DNA of 64,000 nucleotides, from the NCBI GenBank assembly GCA_963590865.1, contig CAVAQY010000001.1, positions 4,750 to 68,749 on the forward strand. Reading direction: 5' to 3'. The DNA comes from Bacteroidaceae bacterium. Lineage in GTDB: Bacteria > Bacteroidota > Bacteroidia > Bacteroidales > Bacteroidaceae. The stretch's first letter is position 1. Every line of letters starts with the position of its first letter. The notes beneath the pieces are model-generated. The model searched no databases and had not been told where the DNA came from. It saw only the letters and a program-made list of their open reading frames with translations. This document shows, one piece after another, positions 20,789 through 30,419 of the stretch. A program made the position numbers and the translations under genes.

Positions 20789-22129
20789 TTACCGTTTGTT
20801 TCTGTTGTTCTTAAATTCTCTTATCGCTTGTACCACGTCGGTCTTGCTGCCGCCTTTGAACGCAATGATGAACGCTTCGGGAAACTTCTCCAGCAGCGTT
20901 TTGCGCATCCTGTATATTTCATTGTAGTCGGTGGAAGCGCCTATAGTGTATTTGTATAGGCCGTTTTCCACGTAAAACTCCGCGTCTTCAACGCCTTTGA
21001 GCTGCGCACTGCCCTTGGGCAACTGGCGGCTGCTTGCGATTATCTGTACCTTGAACACCGGGCTGTCGCCTTTATCGGCCTCTTTTTCCATTGTCTTCGG
21101 TGCTTGTTCTGCCGCCTTTGGTGCTTGCACAGTAGCTGTCCTTGTCACTTGTTCAGTAGCTTTCGCAGTTGCAGGTTGGGCTGTTGGTGCTGCGTTTCTT
21201 GCGTTTGCAAGCTCGTCAATCAACGTCTGTGAAGTCTGTTTCTTGGCCTTTTGTGCCTTTGTTGCAGACTCTTTCTTCTGGGCGACAGGCTGCGCCGTCT
21301 CCGTCTCCTGCGGCTGTGCTTCATCCTTTTCCTCCTGTGCGGACTGGAAAGGAACGGTTATCCGCTTGTCGTACTTGTTTTTATAGTCAACGAAAGCGAG
21401 GTATATTCCGCGCCCGAGGTTGTCTATTCCGCTCTCTGTGTTCAGTAGTTGCTCCTCGTCGGAGGTGGTGATGAAGCCCAATTCTATAAGGCAACTGGGC
21501 ATTGAAGTCTCGCGCAGCACGAGGAAACCAGCCTGTTTTACACCCTTATCCGGACGGTTGGCCGTTGCGCAAGTGCGCCGTTGCACCATCTTGGCGAGGT
21601 CAACGCTCTTTGCCATGTTGCGGTCTTGGAGAAATTCAAACAGAATGTAGCTCTCGGAAGAGTTGGGGTCGAAACCCTCATAGTGCTGCTTGTAGTCCTT
21701 TTCCACGAGGATTACCGAGTTCTCTCGCTTTGCCACGTCGAGGTTGTCTGCCGCCCTGTGCATTCCCAAGGTGTATGTTTCCAGTCCGCGTGCGGTGCGT
21801 CCGCCGGGCAAAGCGTTGGTGTGTATGGATATAAAGAGGTCGGCTTTGTTGCGGTTGGCGATGGTTGCACGCTCGTGAAGCGGCACAAACTTGTCGGTTT
21901 TCCTTGTGTATACGATGCGCACATCGGGGCAATTCTGCTCCACATACCGCCCGAAAGCGAGCGCGACGTTGAGATTTATGTTCTTTTCTTTGGAAAAATT
22001 GCCCACGGCACCGGCGTCGTGACCGCCGTGACCTGCATCAATTACCAGCGTGAACCGTTTGTCTGCGGCATTAATGACCAATGCGCAACAAACGAGAACA
22101 GCCCAAAGTAGAAGCGGTCTTTTGCCCAT
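20789..22129 (-). CDS. N-acetylmuramoyl-L-alanine amidase with disordered linker and C-terminal SPOR domain
   Basis: Amidase_3 motifs VIDAGHGGHDAGAVG, ISIHTNA, PSCLIELGFIT. Q/A/K/T/E-rich linker. C-terminus FKVQIIASSRQL...YKYTIGASTDYNEIYRMRKTL is SPOR-like. Confidence 0.85.
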   Translation of the reverse strand: MGKRPLLLWAVLVCCALVINAADKRFTLVIDAGHGGHDAGAVGNFSKEKNINLNVALAFGRYVEQNCPDVRIVYTRKTDKFVPLHERATIANRNKADLFISIHTNALPGGRTARGLETYTLGMHRAADNLDVAKRENSVILVEKDYKQHYEGFDPNSSESYILFEFLQDRNMAKSVDLAKMVQRRTCATANRPDKGVKQAGFLVLRETSMPSCLIELGFITTSDEEQLLNTESGIDNLGRGIYLAFVDYKNKYDKRITVPFQSAQEEKDEAQPQETETAQPVAQKKESATKAQKAKKQTSQTLIDELANARNAAPTAQPATAKATEQVTRTATVQAPKAAEQAPKTMEKEADKGDSPVFKVQIIASSRQLPKGSAQLKGVEDAEFYVENGLYKYTIGASTDYNEIYRMRKTLLEKFPEAFIIAFKGGSKTDVVQAIREFKNNRNKR

Positions 22130-22185
22130 AAGCAGTTGTTAAGAGAATGCAAAAATAGCCATTTCCCGATAGAAACCCGAACTTA

Positions 22186-22569
22186 TCAACGGGTTTTATC
22201 TTTTATTAAATGTAGTTCCACACCGGCTCCACGGCAGTCTGCGCCCATCGGAGGGTTGACTTTTGTTATGGAGAGGTCGATGCTGCAAACCTCGGGGAAG
22301 GCGTTTTCTATGGCTTTGGCTATGCGTCCGGCCACGTGTTCCAGCAGTTTTGACGGCTGCGCCATCTCGGTCTTTACCTTATTATATAGTGTCGCGTAGT
22401 TCAAGGTGTCGTTCACGTCATCGGTTTCCATGGCCTTGGCGATGTTGAAACACACGCGAAGGCTGACGACAAAGTCCGCTCCCACGACTCTTTCCTGCGG
22501 CATTACACCGTGGAAGCCGTGCAGACGAACGTCGTCAAGACATATGTAGCTTGTGCTGAGTTTCATCAT
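22186..22569 (-). CDS. folB: Dihydroneopterin aldolase
   Basis: 127 aa from ATG 22569. LHGFHGVMPQERVVGADFVVSL and NDTLNYATLY motifs. The track ORF extension to 22746 overlaps the nrdJ 3' end and is rejected. Confidence 0.8.
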   Translation of the reverse strand: MMKLSTSYICLDDVRLHGFHGVMPQERVVGADFVVSLRVCFNIAKAMETDDVNDTLNYATLYNKVKTEMAQPSKLLEHVAGRIAKAIENAFPEVCSIDLSITKVNPPMGADCRGAGVELHLIKDKTR

Positions 22570-22661
22570 TTTTTGTGAGCCAAATCGCTTCGTTCTGTGT
22601 TCCAATGACCTTCGTTCTAATGGTCTTCTTTCCTTATTATGAAGCAGCCTTTTCCGCAGAG

Positions 22662-25226
22662 TTATCCGCAGCGCGAAGCTCCGCAGTTTTTGCAGATGAG
22701 GCAACCTTCCTGATAAATCAGCGTCTCCTGACCGCACACCGGACACTTGCGCCCTTTGGCTTCCGTGCCGTCAACGATGTATTTTTTCAGCGCACGCTCC
22801 ACACCATTCTTCCAGGTGTTGATGCTTTCGCTTTTCAGTTGCAGCGAGCTGACCAGCTTGATCACGTGGTCTATGGGCATCCGGTAGCGCAGCACACCGC
22901 TGATGAGCTTGGCGTAGTTCCAGTATTCCGGGTTGAATTTCTCGCTCAACCCCTCGACTGTAGTCTTGTAGCCGCGTTTGTTTTCAAACTGGAAGTCATA
23001 CCTGTGCTTGCCGCTCTCGTCGGTTTGCTTTATTATCTTGCCCTTCGTCACGGTCTTTGGCAGCACTATTCCCTCTTCGTCGTCCTGCAATCCGGTGAAT
23101 ATCTCGTAGGGATAGCCGTTCAGCAGTCCCACAAAGGCCACCCATTTCTCTTTGTTGTTCTGGAAACGCACCACGTCGCACTCCAGTTCCTTGGGCCTGA
23201 CCTCCACCACTTCGGGGTGTTTGCACGGGCTTACCGCCGCGGTCTGTTCCTTTTCAGCTTTCTTCTTGTCCTTGTCCGACACGGAAATCATCACTCCCGA
23301 ACGGCTCCCGTCGCGGTAGATGGTGCATCCCTTGCAGCCCGAACGCCATGCTTCTACGTACAACTTGTCGACCAAGTCCTCGTCAACGCTGGCCGGAAGG
23401 TTCACGGTGACGCTGATTGAGTGGTCCACCCACTTCTGTATGGCTCCTTGCATACGCACTTTCATGAGCCAGTCCACGTCGTTTGCCGTGGCTTTGTAGT
23501 AGGGCGATTGCTCTACGAGTGCGTCTATTTCCTCCTGGGAGTATCTCTTTGTAGTGTCAATGCCGTTCACTTCCATCCACGTGAGGAACTTACGGTGATA
23601 GACAATGTACTCTTCAAACGAGTCGCCCACCTCGTCCACGAAGTCCACATGGACGTTTTCGTCCCCCGGATTGACCTTACGGCGACGCTTATACACCGGC
23701 ATGAACACCGGCTCTATGCCGCTTGTGGTCTGCGTCATCAGACTTGTCGTGCCTGTAGGGGCTATGGTGAGACAGGCAATGTTGCGCCTTCCGTATTTCG
23801 CCATATCGGCATACAGATTTGCGTCGGCCTCCTTTATGCGGTTGATGAAGGGGTTGTTCTTCTCCCGTTCTGCATCATAAATCTCGAAGGCTCCGCGTTC
23901 GCGGGCCATATCCACCGAGGAACGATAGGCTGCCAAGGCCAGAGCCTTGTGGACACCGACCGAGAAATCTGTGGCTTCCTGAGTTCCGTAGCGCAGGTTC
24001 ATGGCAGCCAGCATGTCTCCCTCGCCAGTTATTCCTACGCCGGTACGTCTTCCCATACCGCTCTTGCGCTTGATCTTTTCCCACAGGTGTGCTTCCGCTC
24101 CCTTCACCTCGTCGCTCTGCGGGTCGCTCTTCACCTTTTCTATTATGAGGTCAATCTTTTCAAGCTCCAGGTCCACTATGTCGTCCATCAGCCGTTGGGC
24201 TGCTGCCACATGGCGGCGGAACAGGTCGAAGTTGAAACTTGCCTCCGGAGTATATGGGTGCTCCACATATGAGTACAGGTTTATGGACAACAGTCGGCAG
24301 GAGTCGTACGGACAGAGCGGTATCTCGCCGCAAGGGTTGGTGGAAACGGTGCGGAAGCCGAGGTCAGCATAGCAGTCGGGTATGCTCTCGCGGATGATTG
24401 TGTCCCAGAAGAGCACTCCTGGCTCGGCACTTTTCCATGCGTTGTGCACTATCTTGCGCCACAGCGTCCTCGCGTCTATCTCCTTTTGCCACTCGGGGCT
24501 GTCGCTTTCTATGGGGAACTGCTGCACATACGGCCGGTTTTCGGTGGCTGCGCGCATGAACTCGTCGTCTATCTTCACCGAAACGTTGGCTCCGGTCACC
24601 TTGCCCTCAGTCATCTTCGCGTCGATGAACGCCTCGCTGTCAGGGTGCTTTATACTTACGCTAAGCATCAGTGCTCCGCGCCTTCCGTCCTGTGCCACTT
24701 CGCGGGTGGAATTGCTGTACCGCTCCATGAAAGGCACAAGTCCGGTAGAGGTGAGTGCCGAGTTGTTCACCGGCGAACCCTTCGGACGCAGATGTGAGAG
24801 GTCGTGTCCCACACCGCCGCGCCGCTTCATGAGCTGCACCTGTTCCTCGTCTATGCGCATGATAGCACCATAGGAGTCGGCGTCACCGTCAAGTCCGATA
24901 ACGAAACAGTTGCTTAGCGAGGCTATCTGGTGGCCGTTCCCAATGCCCGTCATAGGACTTCCTGCCGGAATGATGTAGCGGAAGTGGTCGAGCAGCCCGA
25001 AGATTTCGGCCTCGTCCATCGGGTTGGCATACTTTTTCTCTATGCGTGCTATCTCGCGGGCAATGCGGTGGTGCATGTCACTGGGCGACTTCTCGTAGAT
25101 ATTGCCGAAGCTGTCCTTCATGGCATACTTGTTTACCCAAACGCGGGCGGCCAGTTCGTCGCCGCCGAAGTACTGTAGGGAGGCCGCAAGAGCCTCGTCG
25201 TAGGTGTAAGTCTGCTGTGTTTCCAT
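22662..25226 (-). CDS. nrdJ: Adenosylcobalamin-dependent (class II) ribonucleoside-diphosphate reductase
   Basis: 854 aa, single chain. N-terminus FGGDELAARVWVNKYAMKD, SNCFVIG, catalytic loop STNPCGEIPL. C-terminal zinc ribbon CPVCGQETLIYQEGCLICKNCG. No nrdB-like partner nearby. Confidence 0.85.
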   Translation of the reverse strand: METQQTYTYDEALAASLQYFGGDELAARVWVNKYAMKDSFGNIYEKSPSDMHHRIAREIARIEKKYANPMDEAEIFGLLDHFRYIIPAGSPMTGIGNGHQIASLSNCFVIGLDGDADSYGAIMRIDEEQVQLMKRRGGVGHDLSHLRPKGSPVNNSALTSTGLVPFMERYSNSTREVAQDGRRGALMLSVSIKHPDSEAFIDAKMTEGKVTGANVSVKIDDEFMRAATENRPYVQQFPIESDSPEWQKEIDARTLWRKIVHNAWKSAEPGVLFWDTIIRESIPDCYADLGFRTVSTNPCGEIPLCPYDSCRLLSINLYSYVEHPYTPEASFNFDLFRRHVAAAQRLMDDIVDLELEKIDLIIEKVKSDPQSDEVKGAEAHLWEKIKRKSGMGRRTGVGITGEGDMLAAMNLRYGTQEATDFSVGVHKALALAAYRSSVDMARERGAFEIYDAEREKNNPFINRIKEADANLYADMAKYGRRNIACLTIAPTGTTSLMTQTTSGIEPVFMPVYKRRRKVNPGDENVHVDFVDEVGDSFEEYIVYHRKFLTWMEVNGIDTTKRYSQEEIDALVEQSPYYKATANDVDWLMKVRMQGAIQKWVDHSISVTVNLPASVDEDLVDKLYVEAWRSGCKGCTIYRDGSRSGVMISVSDKDKKKAEKEQTAAVSPCKHPEVVEVRPKELECDVVRFQNNKEKWVAFVGLLNGYPYEIFTGLQDDEEGIVLPKTVTKGKIIKQTDESGKHRYDFQFENKRGYKTTVEGLSEKFNPEYWNYAKLISGVLRYRMPIDHVIKLVSSLQLKSESINTWKNGVERALKKYIVDGTEAKGRKCPVCGQETLIYQEGCLICKNCGASRCG

Positions 25227-25251
25227 TGCCTAATTGTGGTCATAAAAGTGG

Positions 25252-25261
25252 CACAAAGATA
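25252..25261 (-). promoter_or_regulatory. Bacteroidota -7-like promoter motif for nrdJ
   Basis: Minus strand TATCTTTGTG, about 26 nt upstream of ATG 25226. Confidence 0.45.
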
Positions 25262-25392
25262 GTCGTTTTCGTCCACAACTGATACGCAATGGGAGAAAAC
25301 TTTGGGAGTCACCGCCGAAAAGTTTGACGAAACTGACAACTTCTCTGCCGTGAAAATCGGTGAAGCTCGCCTTATTTTACTGTACAGTTCCC

Positions 25393-25472
25393 TTGCTTTG
25401 GAAATAATTATGATTTTTCTTATTTTTGCTTTGGAAATGGTGAGATTTCTTGCTGTTTTTTGCTTTGGAAAT
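25393..25472. repeat. Three direct copies of TTGCTTTGGAAAT at 33-34-bp spacing
   Basis: Exact 13-mers at 25393-25405, 25426-25438 and 25460-25472. Flanking bases are partly conserved (tgatttttctt / gagatttcttg). Confidence 0.85.
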
Positions 25473-25515
25473 AAAAAATGTTGCATCTTTGCAGCTGGTT
25501 TTAAAGTCTCATCTA

Positions 25516-25728
25516 CTTCCGATAGAGGTAAAGACGGGGGGTAATTCCAAGCTTCGTTCCTTGCATCTATTCATGGATGAATCGAAGGAAACTGTGGCAT
25601 TGCGACTTTGGAACGGACCGATGACATCGTGTGTTGTCACCACGCAGAATGCCAAGACTTTCACTTTGTATAATATACCGCTCTATTATGCAGGGAATTT
25701 GCAGGTGTTCTTGGATTCTATTTTGTAA
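25516..25728 (+). pseudogene. 3' remnant of an AAA-ATPase (DUF4143 / COG1373-like) gene
   Basis: Translation LPIEVKTGGNSKLRSLHLFMDESKETVALRL...YNIPLYYAGNL matches only the last ~70 aa of the ~400-aa ATPases I recall (..IPIEVKSG....SL..F....LPLY..). No N-terminal P-loop region in any frame upstream. Confidence 0.5.
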
Positions 25729-25766
25729 ATCAATATAACGAACGCCATACATTAACTATAATAAGA

Positions 25767-28502
25767 ATGGAAGAGATAAAGAAACTATTGTCGTTGCCAC
25801 CTAACCTTGTGGACTGTTTTCACGATGTTACGGGATTGTCCCGCAACGAGTATTTCTGCGGCTGCGACCCAATAGGCCACCGCGTAGGCAGTGGTGGAGG
25901 CACCACATGGCTGCTCGAGCAGTGTCACAAGGCGTGCGCCAACGGCATTGACTTCGACGCATGGCTCGCATCCGAACGCCGTATCATAGTACACGCTGGG
26001 GGCCAGAGCCGAAGATTGCCGTCGTATGCACCGTCGGGAAAGATACTCACACCCATACCTGTGTTCCGTTGGGAGCGTGGACAGAAACTGTCGCAAACGT
26101 TGCTCGACCTGCAACTGCCGCTATACGAACGGCTGATGAGGCTCGCCCCCGAAGGCCTAAACACCATGATAGTGAGCGGTGACGTGTACATCCGAGCCGC
26201 CGAACAGTTGCCGCCGGTGCCCGATGCCGATGTGGTTTGCTACGGACTGTGGCTCGACTCGTCCATAGCCAAGGACCACGGTGTGTTCGTGTCCGACCGC
26301 AGCACGCCGTCGGTACTCAAGCAGATGCTGCAAAAGCCAAGTGTGGCTACACTGAACGAACTGCTTCAAACGGGTTTCTACCTCACCGACATCGGCCTTT
26401 GGATGCTTAGCGACCGCGCCGTGCGGCTGCTCATGAAGCGTTCGCGTCCCGATGGCGTGCTGAAGGAGTACGACCTGTATGGCGAGTTCGGATGCACCCT
26501 CGGTACCAATCCCACCATAGCCGACGACGAACTGCGCTCGCTGAAGGTGGCCATCGTGCCGCTGCCGGGCGGTGAGTTCTACCATTATGGCACGAGCATG
26601 GAGATGATAACGTCATCGGTGGCCATACAGAACATCGTGAACGACCAGCGCGCGATAATGCACCACGGCAGAAAACCGCACCCGTCGATATTCATACAGA
26701 ATGCCACCACGCACATCACCATGACTGAGGCCAACACCAATCTGTGGATAGAGAATAGTTGCGTGGGCGGAAACTGGCACATAAGCCACGACAACATAAT
26801 AACCGGTGTGCCGCAAAACGACTGGACGGTGAACCTAAGTGCCGGACAGTGCGTCGATATCGTGCCGATTGGCGAGAGCGACTTTGCCATACGTACCTAT
26901 AACATAGATGACAAGTTTGCCGGAAACGAGCAGCAACGCCGCCAGTTTCCTGTGGTTGGCGATGTGGATTCCATCGGTCGGTTGTTGCCGTCGCTACTCA
27001 GTGGCACGGCCAACTTGCAGGGCTACGGCCTCGTGAGTGCCGAAGAACTGAACGACAGGGCCAACCTGCGTCGGCTTACTGCGCAGCGCGAGGAGTTTCG
27101 CAAACAGAACTGGTCTCGTCTGGCGGCCAACCACGAGCACAGCGTGTTCTATCAGCTTGACCTCGACAATGCCGCCCGTGAGTTTGTGCGCCACTCCATA
27201 CCTGCTCCGCAACCCATAGCCGACGACGCTCCGCTGATGCGCCGAATGCGTGATGCCATGTTCCGCTCTGAAATGGAGCGGCTTCAAGGACTTCCCTTTG
27301 AGGCTGACGACCGCAAAGCTTTTGCTTTGTTGCGCGAGGGACTTACATCTACTGTGTTTGGTCAAAGGCAGAGTCCGCGCATGGCGGTGCATCCCGACCA
27401 GATTGTGTGGGGACGCAGTCCTGTGCGCATAGACATCTCTGGTGGATGGACCGACACTCCGCCTTTCTGCCTGATGGAAGGGGGCAACGTGGTGAACCTT
27501 GCCATAGAGCTGAACGGTCAACCGCCGCTGCAAGCCTACGTAAAGCCGTGTCGTGAAGCTCACATCGTGCTGCGCAGTATTGACCTCGGAGCCGTAGAAA
27601 CGGTTGAAACGTATGAACAGCTGGCCGACTTCTCCCATGTGGGAAGTCCGTTTTCCATACCCAAGGCGGCTCTTGTGCTTGCCGGATTTCATCCCGACTT
27701 CTGCGCAGAGCGGCACGCCACGCTGCGAGACCAGCTGGCCGACTTTGGCGGAGGCATCGAACTTACGTTGCTCTCTGCCGTACCTGCGGGCAGCGGACTG
27801 GGTACAAGCAGTATCCTTGCGGCCACGGTGCTCGGCGCAGTGGGCGACTTCTGTTCGCTGGCATGGGACAAAAACGAGATTTGCAAGCGCACTCTCGTGC
27901 TCGAACAACTGCTTACCACAGGCGGCGGCTGGCAAGACCAGTATGGAGGAGTGCTCGGTGGAGTGAAACTGTTGCAGACGCAAAGGGGCTTCGACCAGCA
28001 GCCTTCCGTAAGCTGGCTTCCCGACAACCTGTACACACAACCGGAGTTTGCTGGCTGCCATTTGCTGTATTACACCGGCATAACGCGTACGGCAAAGAGC
28101 ATCTTGGCCGATATTGTGCGTCGTATGTTCCTCAACAACAACGAACAACTGCACCTGTTGCGACAGATGAAAGCCCACGCCATGGATATGTATGAGTCCA
28201 TACAACGGCTCGACTTCGACCTCATGGGGCGGCTGTTGCGCGAGAACTGGCTGCAAAACCAAGCCCTTGACAGCGGCACTAACCCCGATGCAGTGAAGGC
28301 TTTGACGCAACAGATTGACGATTTGTGCCTCGGCTACAAACTCCCCGGTGCCGGTGGGGGAGGCTATCTATACATGATAGCCAAAGACCAGGAGGCTGCC
28401 GCACGCATAAAGCAAACCGTCAATGCCCACCATCCCAATGTCAACGCACGCTTTGTAGATATGTCGCTGAGCCGTACAGGGCTACAGGTGAGCCGCAGTT
28501 GA
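25767..28502 (+). CDS. fkp: Bifunctional L-fucokinase / fucose-1-phosphate guanylyltransferase
   Basis: 911 aa. N-terminal nucleotidyltransferase part (SGGGTTWLL, HAGGQSRRLP) and C-terminal GHMP kinase part (PAGSGLGTSSILAATVLGA, LPGAGGGGYLYM). Confidence 0.85.
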   Translation: MEEIKKLLSLPPNLVDCFHDVTGLSRNEYFCGCDPIGHRVGSGGGTTWLLEQCHKACANGIDFDAWLASERRIIVHAGGQSRRLPSYAPSGKILTPIPVFRWERGQKLSQTLLDLQLPLYERLMRLAPEGLNTMIVSGDVYIRAAEQLPPVPDADVVCYGLWLDSSIAKDHGVFVSDRSTPSVLKQMLQKPSVATLNELLQTGFYLTDIGLWMLSDRAVRLLMKRSRPDGVLKEYDLYGEFGCTLGTNPTIADDELRSLKVAIVPLPGGEFYHYGTSMEMITSSVAIQNIVNDQRAIMHHGRKPHPSIFIQNATTHITMTEANTNLWIENSCVGGNWHISHDNIITGVPQNDWTVNLSAGQCVDIVPIGESDFAIRTYNIDDKFAGNEQQRRQFPVVGDVDSIGRLLPSLLSGTANLQGYGLVSAEELNDRANLRRLTAQREEFRKQNWSRLAANHEHSVFYQLDLDNAAREFVRHSIPAPQPIADDAPLMRRMRDAMFRSEMERLQGLPFEADDRKAFALLREGLTSTVFGQRQSPRMAVHPDQIVWGRSPVRIDISGGWTDTPPFCLMEGGNVVNLAIELNGQPPLQAYVKPCREAHIVLRSIDLGAVETVETYEQLADFSHVGSPFSIPKAALVLAGFHPDFCAERHATLRDQLADFGGGIELTLLSAVPAGSGLGTSSILAATVLGAVGDFCSLAWDKNEICKRTLVLEQLLTTGGGWQDQYGGVLGGVKLLQTQRGFDQQPSVSWLPDNLYTQPEFAGCHLLYYTGITRTAKSILADIVRRMFLNNNEQLHLLRQMKAHAMDMYESIQRLDFDLMGRLLRENWLQNQALDSGTNPDAVKALTQQIDDLCLGYKLPGAGGGGYLYMIAKDQEAAARIKQTVNAHHPNVNARFVDMSLSRTGLQVSRS

Positions 28503-28534
28503 CACGGATTGATCATGCCAACCACCTGTCAAAG

Positions 28535-28571
28535 AAAACGGGCTGTGTGCTTATTGCACACAACCCGTTTT
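28535..28571. terminator. Hairpin terminator between convergent fkp and hydrolase gene
   Basis: aaaacgggctgtgtgc-ttatt-gcacacaacccgtttt (one mismatch) with flanking A/T runs. Confidence 0.7.
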
Positions 28572-28621
28572 CAGTTATTGTTACCGTCCTTAAAATCGTC
28601 GGTATGGTTTTCTGATGTACA

Positions 28622-29956
28622 TTACCAGTTGTTCGTAGCCAGAGTACCGTACCACTTCAGGCAGGTGCCTACGTGGTTTGCCCAATAGCTGTTGAACAGT
28701 GCAACATGGTCTTCACCGAAGGCATTGACCACAGCTTCTGCGTTAGAGTAAGGCACGATATCGTCTGTCTTGCTGTGATACAGCTTTATCAAGTGTGACG
28801 GAGTCCATCCTGTTGTCAGGTCGTTCTTGTCCAGACACTTGTAGAGAGCCTGTGTCATTTCAGAATCCTTGTTAAGTGCAGCCTCGCTCAACATGTCCTT
28901 CACGGAAATCTTATCCTTGCCGAGCAGTTGCTTCAGCTTGGCTATAAGAGCCTTCGAGTCGGTTTCCTTGGCGGCGATAAGCTTGTCCATCTGGTCCTTG
29001 ATCTTGAGATATGCCTCGCTGTAGAAGTCTTCCTCTTTCCACTTGCCCATGATGTCGGGGTAGCAGTAGAGCATTGACTTGATGACGATGGGCAGAATCA
29101 CAGGATAGGAAAGACTCTCTGCTGTGTAGTAGTAGTCCATGGTCTTCCTCGGACTGTACGGGCCTGAGCAGCAGTAAGAGTAAGCGAAGCGCCACTTGCT
29201 GGCAATGTCAGTATGGGTATCCAGATACTTGTGTACCGCCAGTGCATTGCCACCGCCCTGCGAAGCTCCGAGCACATACAACTGCCATTCGTTTTCCATC
29301 TTGGTGTTCTTGCCTTTCTTCTCCAGGAATACCTTATAGCCAGCCTCGAGCGCATCTATAGAGTTGATGGCGCACAGCTCATGGTTGAGGTAAGGATGCA
29401 GCTTGTCCTTCGTTTCGCCATAGCCGATATAGTCAGGCATGATCAGCAGATTGTCGCCAATGGCGAGCTGTTCCTTGGTGTGATTGTTGGTAGGACGCTC
29501 TGCATCGCTCAATATGGTGTAGTGTTCCATAAGGAAGATGTTGTCCGGATCCAAGTCGTGCCAACCGAGAAGCCAGTACTGTGCCCAAGAAACCATTGCG
29601 GACAGCTGGATTGGATTGCCAAATGCGTCTTTGCTCCAGTACTTGTAATTATAGGTTACAAATCCCATATAGAGGCCGCTGTTTACACCCAAACTGTCGC
29701 CCAGTTCTTTCTCTTGCTTGTTGATTTCGGCCATGTATATGTTGCGCAGAGAGTCAGCTGTTTTTGCATCTAATTCAGTGCCAAACATCTTTCTTGACAT
29801 CTCTTCAGCAGAGAGCACAGCGGAATCGCCGATAATCTCAACGCCAGATATGTTGGGACCGTTTCCTGTTTCTCCATCGTCATTGCTACAAGCTGAGAAT
29901 GACAAGCCCATCATTGCTGCCAGCAACAGGCTCATGTACAAATTAAATCTCTTCAT
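28622..29956 (-). CDS. Alpha/beta-hydrolase (lipase-like) lipoprotein
   Basis: Lipobox LSFSAC, nucleophile elbow VLGASQGGG, candidate acid SKTDDIVP and His ANHVGT. 444 aa. Confidence 0.6.
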   Translation of the reverse strand: MKRFNLYMSLLLAAMMGLSFSACSNDDGETGNGPNISGVEIIGDSAVLSAEEMSRKMFGTELDAKTADSLRNIYMAEINKQEKELGDSLGVNSGLYMGFVTYNYKYWSKDAFGNPIQLSAMVSWAQYWLLGWHDLDPDNIFLMEHYTILSDAERPTNNHTKEQLAIGDNLLIMPDYIGYGETKDKLHPYLNHELCAINSIDALEAGYKVFLEKKGKNTKMENEWQLYVLGASQGGGNALAVHKYLDTHTDIASKWRFAYSYCCSGPYSPRKTMDYYYTAESLSYPVILPIVIKSMLYCYPDIMGKWKEEDFYSEAYLKIKDQMDKLIAAKETDSKALIAKLKQLLGKDKISVKDMLSEAALNKDSEMTQALYKCLDKNDLTTGWTPSHLIKLYHSKTDDIVPYSNAEAVVNAFGEDHVALFNSYWANHVGTCLKWYGTLATNNW

Positions 29957-30113
29957 AATAGTTTTTGTTAATGGTTAAAAATGATATTTGCTTAGTGCTG
30001 TTCCACAGCTTTTGTCCGTTCGGTTGGTGTGTTGTTTACAGATAAGATATACAGTCTCTGTCTTTTGTCTGTTTTGATTAATGTGTTGTTGGCAGATATG
30101 CTGCCTCTGTCTT

Positions 30114-30419
30114 TTAATGTATCGGCTCGCCCTTCAGTGCTTTTCTTTTCAGAGAGTCACCCATTAGGTTGTATTTCCTTTCTATCACCTGTCGCAGTTC
30201 ACGGTGCTCACTGTCTTGCGGAGTGCCTTTCCCGAATGATTCTTCAATGGCCTCTTTCACTGTCTGCCGTTTGCACTCTCCGATAACCACATCGATAGTG
30301 TCGCCCTCAATAGGGGAATACGGCTTCTTCTTCTGTTTCCCGCCTCGGCACGCCGCAAGGAGTCCTGCCAAGCACAGCCCGGAGAAGAGCATCTTGTACA
30401 GTAGGCTGTTCATAACCAT
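30114..30419 (-). CDS. Small hypothetical lipoprotein
   Basis: MVMNSLLYKMLFSGLCLAGLLAAC lipobox then a charged 75-aa tail. Lies upstream of, and on the same strand as, the hydrolase. Start ATG 30419 or 30413. Confidence 0.45.
   Translation of the reverse strand: MVMNSLLYKMLFSGLCLAGLLAACRGGKQKKKPYSPIEGDTIDVVIGECKRQTVKEAIEESFGKGTPQDSEHRELRQVIERKYNLMGDSLKRKALKGEPIH

Noticed and set aside
25393-25472. CRISPR-like reading of the repeat arrays (13-bp repeats at 25.4 kb, 22-bp repeats at 38.45 kb).
   Set aside because: The 13-bp repeats are too short and have only ~20-bp spacers. The 38.45-kb array has no spacers at all (a pure tandem repeat). No cas genes are in the window.
25450-25728. 92-aa ORF as an intact gene.
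   Set aside because: Only its last ~70 residues resemble the C-terminus of DUF4143-type ATPases. The first ~20 codons read through the 13-bp repeat array. It is called a pseudogene remnant instead.
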